DNA of 63,867 nt, counting the filler, from Collodictyon triciliatum (lineage: Eukaryota), in the NCBI GenBank assembly GCA_043381765.1. It is 8 parts of 8 records of this genome, joined end to end, with 100 filler letters (N's around TTAATTAATTAA, not from the genome) between each part and the next. Parts side by side here need not be neighbours in the genome. Positions count along the whole stretch, not along the records: positions 48,033 to 57,529 come from JBHJMP010002986.1; positions 57,630 to 60,745 come from JBHJMP010003016.1; positions 60,846 to 63,867 come from JBHJMP010003064.1; 5 more parts are not named here. The stretch is one strand, 5' to 3'. Both the position numbers and the translations under genes were made by a program. Each line of letters begins with the position of its first letter. Position 1 is the stretch's first letter. Positions 48,516 to 63,867 of the stretch are shown here, piece by piece. The notes under the pieces are model-generated. The model was not told the DNA's origin and did not search any database. It saw nothing but the letters and a program-made list of their open reading frames with translations.

Positions 48516-48826
48516 GAAAAAATTATGATAACCAGGGTTTCCGTCCGAGCGTGTCGTTGGAATAATTCTTTGTTAAGGCTACTTTGTACTTTGATGTGAT
48601 GCAGCCAGTCTGATGATATCGTATTGCATGTGTGTTGCAGCCAGAGAAGCTCGCCCGGTTTTGACGTGTCTGTGTTTTATTTGATTTTATTCCTGTTGAT
48701 GTTGATGAGGCAAACAGAAGGACGTGTCTCCCAGTCGAGCGTATCGGGCGTAAGTATCCACATTGTGGAGCTGTGCATTGAATTCAGTCGACGCTTGATG
48801 GGATAGAGGGGAAGCTAGACATGCCA

Positions 48827-57243
<8,417 letters not shown>

Positions 57244-57629
57244 GAGGAAAAATATAGTGTGAGTGTTTCATTGTTGTTAATTTGGGGAATATGTTGTCGT
57301 ATTTGTGCAAATCAATTATTTTGCTATATAACGATGATAAATTTTGTTTCCTTAATTTAAGTTGTTTTTTTTTTCCTTTATTCAATTCAAAGTGTTTCCT
57401 TAATTTGAGTTAATTCATGTGACTTCTTTTTTCTTTTTTTTCTTTTTTTTCTTTTTTTCTTTTTTTCTTTTTTTCTTTTTTTTCTTTTTTTCTTTTTTTT
57501 CTTTTTTTTCTTTTTTTCTTTTTTTTCTTNNNNNNNNNNNNNNNNNNNNNNNNNNNNNNNNNNNNNNNNNNNNTTAATTAATTAANNNNNNNNNNNNNNN
57601 NNNNNNNNNNNNNNNNNNNNNNNNNNNNN

Positions 57630-57685
<56 letters not shown>

Positions 57686-58919
57686 CTTTTGTATGTTGGT
57701 ACTCTCAGTGTATATAAATCTCAAATATTTTATGGCACTCAGGGAAAGTGGGATGGTGAATGGAAAGTTTGTGACACACGGAGAATTCTTCGACTCGTAT
57801 CACGTTTCTGATGTGCGGTTGTTTATCGATTTGAGAGATACAGGATTAACTCAAACCAGCATTGATGGTCTTCGCATATTTTCGCATTCATACGAACAAA
57901 ACGTCAAGGGACTCGGCTTTGTTGCAAACGAAGCAAAGGTGAAATTGAGCGCAATTCAGCTCAAACTCCCAGAACGTGGAGTTGACCAAGAATAGCCCGA
58001 CTTTCATTACATATCAACTTTTGCTGTTTATTTTCAATTTTTTGTTCGCTAACTTTACATTCGACTACGCCTTCAAATATTTCAATCATTTTTTTCTATT
58101 CCGTTTAATATCGTTATCATTTTAGTTTTGTTTCTTTGAGTTGGTTGGTGCATTGGATCTGTGGTCCAATCAGTTTATATTTCGGAATAAAATCAGAAAC
58201 GGAAATAGGAATGCTACTTTAAAGTAAAAGGCAATAATTTAATCAATCGATGTATAGATAAAAAGGGTCATTTTGATTACAGTATTAGAAAAATAATTTG
58301 CGCGGCCGAACAAATACGAGCAATCCGACAAATCACATAACATCGTCAGCTTTCGTGAATAATACTATACTCATTTAACTCCGAAAACCCGATGAAAGTA
58401 TAAATCGGTACATTCGATGTGGTGGAAACCGCAGCGTGATATTGATATACTATGTAGAAATACTTTGCGCGAACTCGTTTGTTTCTATCGCCACCAAAGA
58501 TATGGTGAGTACAGAAAACGACTGAGGCGAAGTTGGTCGACGACGTCTTGCAGTTTCTTTTGTCCAAGTCTTGAACATAAACAGACGCCATGGGTTTAAA
58601 AGTCACTGGGTGCATTTGCTCCAAACCGAGGCATAAATCACCCTTTGAGGAGGTGGAAACAGAGATGATGCCGTCGAAGAGAAATTCTACCAATTAAAAA
58701 AAAATATCGTAATATTTGATAGAAGATGAAGTCAAGATTATATACAAGTATACAACACAATTTAATAACGATATTAGTATTTTTTAATAGCAATTAATAG
58801 AAACAATAACTATAATACGATAAACAATAGCATGCAAGTAGAAGGCTAGTTTAATTAATTTTTTATGTATTTTTTTTTTTTTTTGGTATCGATAGAAGCG
58901 ATGCTGAATATTCCGTTTC

Positions 58920-60633
58920 CTACGAGTAAACTTTCGATAGGACAAAGTTGGCGCAGTTTCGACCAGGTGCACCCATAACGCCACCGCCAGGGTGTGTACC
59001 GGAGCCGCACAGAAAGAGATTTTCGATTGGTGTGTCATATGAAAATCCGCTGACGGGACGAAGCCAAGCCAGTTGATGCAGGCTCATCGCGCCATGGAAA
59101 ATGTTTCCGCGATGCAACCCGAAAATACTGCAGCAAATAAAAGAGAAAGGTGTCAGAGTTCCAAGTTCTCTGGAAATCACAGCTTTATTTCATTTTGATT
59201 CAAGATAAAAAAAAACTACTCGTTCATGTCATCCTATTAATCTTTCACTTAAGATAATCATAAAAAAAACCAATTTTATATGGGTTTTTTTTTTGTACGA
59301 TGAAGAAATATATGCTACAGCAGAGCATGGCATGGGAAAAAGAATTACAGCGAAGAGGATATGTATAAAGTAGTTGTCACCGTTCTAAATCTTTCGGACT
59401 TAAAATATCTCTGCCTATCACAGAGGAAGAGAAACCAGGAGCATACTCATCAATTACCTTTTTTAAAAAATAATTCAAGGTTACAAAAGAACGGTACAAA
59501 TTTATGTCTGATGAAATATTGCGAGCTTTGGTGTTTTGTTTGTAATTACAGAGAAGACTGTGTCTGCAAAAGCTTCACGACGCCCAGGGTCATCCCATGA
59601 ACCTATTGGGAGAAAAATTAAATGAGCGTAATGCATGAGATGACATATAAATAGATATAATAGATCAAACACCGAGAAGTATTTGATTGCATTTATTGTT
59701 GAGACGGGCTCAACAGCTAAGGTTTTTAGAATAAAAAAAAGTATTTGATTACATGTGAAGAGCCAAACCATCTTTCAAATCGTAAGGAGCATACATCACA
59801 AATAGCTGAACTACGTGTTTTCCGGGTGGTGCTAGGGTTGGGTCAAGAGATGAAGGAATTGTCCTGCAAACAATTATTACTTAATTACTTTTGACTTTAA
59901 AGATTGATGTGGATTTAGTTAAATTGATTTTCAGGTGCAATGAATACATAGATAAATATGTGTGAACAGGTACATACATTTCCAAAAAAAAAATAAAAAA
60001 AATAAAGATGTAGCGCACAGGTAACCAGAAAATCCAGTTTAATAAGATTTCATGAAACAGCAGGAAAATATGAAGGGAAATAAAAAAAAAAATAAAGGCA
60101 CACATTTCAATGACAGGGCGCCGCGATGGAATTCCAGAGCGTGCATCCATATAGGCAGCATCAATATCCTGCATTCTTTTTTATATAAAATAAGATTTTG
60201 ACCAGTAAGAGGCCATCTGTCTGATAGAATGGATAAAATTAAAAATTTCCATTTATGAGGCATGTCATGAGCATCATATCTATCTTTCCTCACTTCATTT
60301 CAAAATGAACCGTTCCTTTGTGTTGCGGACCCGGTTCACTCTCAGATTTATTTGGCTTTTCATTAAATGTAAGGTTTCATCAGTGTCGACTCCTAGAGAT
60401 ATAATCCAGACTACAACAGAATATGTAAAAAAGTGCCAAAAATTTTAGGACGATAACGAAATAAAAGCTACCTTGCACAGGAAGTTTGGCAATCTGTCAA
60501 CTGCGCAATTAATCTTGAAAGCTCCACACGAAAAATCCATTGTGTCGATGTGCTTAATAAAGCTTTCGGGACAGGTGCTTGGGTTGACTAATTTCTTGAA
60601 AGTGGTATACGGATCTGTGTTTGCCAATACAAT
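58920..60633 (-). CDS. PYROXD2: Phytoene-dehydrogenase-family FAD oxidoreductase (PYROXD2-like), C-terminal half, 5'-partial
   Basis: [104 protein letters not shown]. Confidence 0.9.
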
Positions 60634-60845
60634 CTAGAAAGTAAGTCTCATGAGTAATCACTTTGAATCGAATAAGGGGGGGGGGGGGGGGGGGGGAAAA
60701 TAAAAAAAAAAACAAAAACCAGAAACAAAAGAAAAGAAACAAAAANNNNNNNNNNNNNNNNNNNNNNNNNNNNNNNNNNNNNNNNNNNNTTAATTAATTA
60801 ANNNNNNNNNNNNNNNNNNNNNNNNNNNNNNNNNNNNNNNNNNNN

Positions 60846-60948
60846 TGGATTTGGCAAAGTTTGTTCGACTTCCGGTAGCTTTGTTGAAACGTGACACTGC
60901 TTCAATCGCTCTTTGTGCGTCCTCTTGGTCTTCCAGGAAAATCAATGT
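60846..60948 (-). mobile_element. Fragment of non-LTR retrotransposon reverse transcriptase (L1/TRE-like), apparently 5'-truncated
   Basis: Reads TLIFLEDQEDAQRAIEAVSRFNKATGSRTNFAKS, matching the segment after [YF]ADD (..F...SGL.IN..KS); runs into the contig end. Confidence 0.5.
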
Positions 60949-62421
60949 AACAGATCACTTGACAGGCACAGTTACCTCGACACGATTAAATATAATCATC
61001 CAAGAACCAAAGCCAAAGCCCGACACAAAACGACAAAGCTATTGAATCCCTTTCGCGAGGACCTTCATTCTTTTTACCAAAAAAACAAAAGAAAAAAAAA
61101 CAAGAGAAGAAAAACAAACAAACAAACAATTACAATATCAACATGGGGCCAATCAAACTGAAAAACTTTACATGAAGACATAGCTTTATTTTCAAAAAAA
61201 CAAAACAAAACAAAACAACCAATGAATCAATATATACTTTATATTATGTATATATTGATATGAACCAACAACGAATGCTTAAACCTATGCAAGTATTTTA
61301 CATTTGCCAAAAAGTCAATAGAGTTGATCGAGAGTGGGGCAGTCTATCAAATGCCAGGAACAATACCAATTGTAAAAGACACTAACGAGGGCAGGAGATG
61401 AGCCCTTTCAACAAAACTTTCTATGCTTGGCTCTGTTCTTGCCTGCATAATCCTTGGGTTTAGTTGTAACTTACCAACCAAGCTCAAGACTCTCATGAAA
61501 CTCACTTACATAGACAAATAACTAAAAATTCAACTATTCTATTATCATGTGCCAGTTTGTTAGGGCCCTAATTTTTACAACAAATCGCAATAATAAATTA
61601 ATATCTCAGGGGGTGTACTCTAATAAAGGTTTTTTTATAACAGTACCTCACAAACTTTCAAGATGGGCTCAATTTTCCCTATCTCATCGCATATGGGACT
61701 TTGTCCTCGCACTTTTTTTTTTAGGTCTTGTACAAGTCATACTGTGAGTTTTGATCGTTTCATTTTTGAAGATTTTTTATCTCATATTTGTAACTCTGAA
61801 CATATTGAAAAAAAAAAGCTTTTTCAAAAAATACTCATAATTAACATATTCATCTCACATCTCAAAGAATTGTGCAATCTTTAGGCCAAATATCACAAGC
61901 ATTGAAATAGTAGAACAGTTTGGTTCTGGTCAAATTTTATCACGCAACAAACCTGTTATGTTTTACTTCTAATAATTAAAAACATGATTAATATTATAAA
62001 TTACATATGACAGAAGATTGATCACATAATTAAAATTCAACAATAGAAAACCTACTACGTACACACTGATTTTCATAATGTTAAGCATAAATTAGCAAAA
62101 TGTTTATCAATTAAACCCCACTTTATGTTAAAGGTCTTTTTTTCGATACATGGTTCAACCTGGCTGCTCCAAAGACCAGCTAAAAAATCGCATTATATTA
62201 TTCAACATACCATATTTAATTTTATTTATTCATCATCAATCGGAAACTGTTTAAACTCAAGTTACGCACAAAACTCAGATACAGTTGAAAACAGAAGGGA
62301 CAAAAGACAAAATCTGTGGGGAAGGGAACTGTTTCGATCAACTAATTGGAGGAGGGGGTGGGGTGGTGGATCGGTGGCTCCTGGTTTTCTCATGGTATGG
62401 AGTAAAGGTCTATTGATATAC

Positions 62422-62460
62422 GGTGGGGTTTGGTGGGGTTTGTTGGGGTTTGTTGGGGTT
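62422..62460 (+). repeat. G-rich 10-mer tandem repeat TGGGGTTTG(G/T), about 4 copies
   Basis: Four GGGG runs at 10-nt spacing. Confidence 0.85.
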
Positions 62461-63867
62461 GTGTAGTGTGTGGAAGTATGTCTTTGCCCAGTCATTCGCC
62501 ACCAGAAATAAAAACAGCGTAATACTGTTTGTAAATTTCTGTCATAGGAAGTCGATATGAATACTTTTTTTTTTTGCAGTGAGGAGAGTTTATCTGATAT
62601 GAAAACATGACCTCTTTACAAAAGAAAAAAACATGCATTGATTCGAATTAATTTTAAGTTAAAAACTTTTCACTTGTGAAACAATTACCAGTTATGATAG
62701 TATGAATACCTATAAAATTGAGAATCGTCGAAGTCTGGCCATGCTATTTCGTTTTATTATTAAGTTGATATATTTAATTTAACATGAAATAAATGATATT
62801 AATAAAGTATTATTTATAATCGACACCATGGTCCCAGATATATATTTGCTAATAAACTTAAACAAATAGAATTGTCTGCCTACAGCATCTGCATCGCTAT
62901 GTCTTACATTTTTCAATAATATTATTAAGTATCGCCTTATTAATACTAAATCTACAAAAAAATTTCCTTCAATTACTTATCTACTAGAAAAGCTTTGTTG
63001 TCTGCAGAATCATGATGTCTGTATTTTATATTACGTTTTGATTAATTCAATAGATATCCATCCATCAAGTGTGGTTTTAATAAACAATCACTGACATATG
63101 AACCACTATATTATCCAAATCAAAAAATACGTACCATATCCCCGTTAAAAACCAGTTTGCTGCTGAATTATACACCACCCCTCCCCTTTACTGACCTACA
63201 ATCTTTGTACCACAGCTTCACACCTATAACTCTCACCTATCTAGAATACATTCGTTTCTTAAAGTGAAAATGATTTATAGGTTTATCTCTCAATAAATAA
63301 ATTTATTTGATAATTAATAGTTGTTAAATCACCTAAATTAGTTCAATTATCGTTGATTATTTAGATGTCGATTCATTAAATCCAAGAAACCCATCCCACC
63401 CCTTCCAATTCCAAATCAATCAGAGGTAATGAAAAAGTATTTCTGACATGTATTTTTGTGTAGCCCCCGACTAACGAAATATTTGGTAGACGGTTCATGC
63501 CCCTTTTTTTATTCTTGTTTCTTTACGATTACCATTATTCATATGTTAATTAATTGCCTTTTTTATGCATGCAGAATATTTTCGTATATTTCGGTTGATT
63601 TCCATAATGATTGATTCGTTTTATTCATCATAATTATGCACAAAGTTTGACCCTATAATTGTATCATCTTTTGATGATATTGAATTTTATTTAATTTTTG
63701 ATATTGTTCGGTTTTTCTTCTGTTTGGTCAAAATATGGCCGAGTACAAGTATTAATGTATGTACAATTTTATTGATATATCTATATTATTCTTTCTTTCT
63801 TTTTTTTTTTTTTTTTTATTAAATTTTCAGATAGGGGGATTCTTTTTTTTTTTTTTTATAAAAATGC

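Noticed and set aside
61600..61910. Possible MITE starting CAGTACCTCACAAA
   Set aside because: No matching inverted terminal repeat found.

Overview
AT-rich, very intron-dense eukaryotic nuclear DNA in the standard genetic code. It is probably from a flagellated protist, since it carries CFAP96-, FAM47- and Gemin5-like genes; the species cannot be identified from sequence alone. The window is not one locus. It is eight pieces joined by 100-bp N44-TTAATTAATTAA-N44 linkers, and five consecutive complete pieces have nearly identical lengths (9512, 9507, 9501, 9502, 9497 bp), which points to size-sorted concatenation of unplaced contigs. Manually spliced genes: a BAR-domain protein, an intronless multipass membrane protein, an alpha/beta hydrolase, a disrupted NHL-repeat gene, an APMAP/strictosidine-synthase-like protein, two coiled-coil proteins, a FAM47-like protein, a class I phosphodiesterase, CFAP96, a Nup54-like nucleoporin, an RBR E3 ligase, RPP30, GTF3C2, Gemin5, PYROXD2 and a non-LTR reverse-transcriptase scrap. 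I found no convincing novel multi-gene system. The most interesting signals concern splicing: a candidate gene with a run of 21-39 nt introns, frequent AAG acceptors behind A-tracts, very degenerate GT donors, and two GC-AG introns with GCAAGT donors. Family calls rest on recalled motifs, not database searches.
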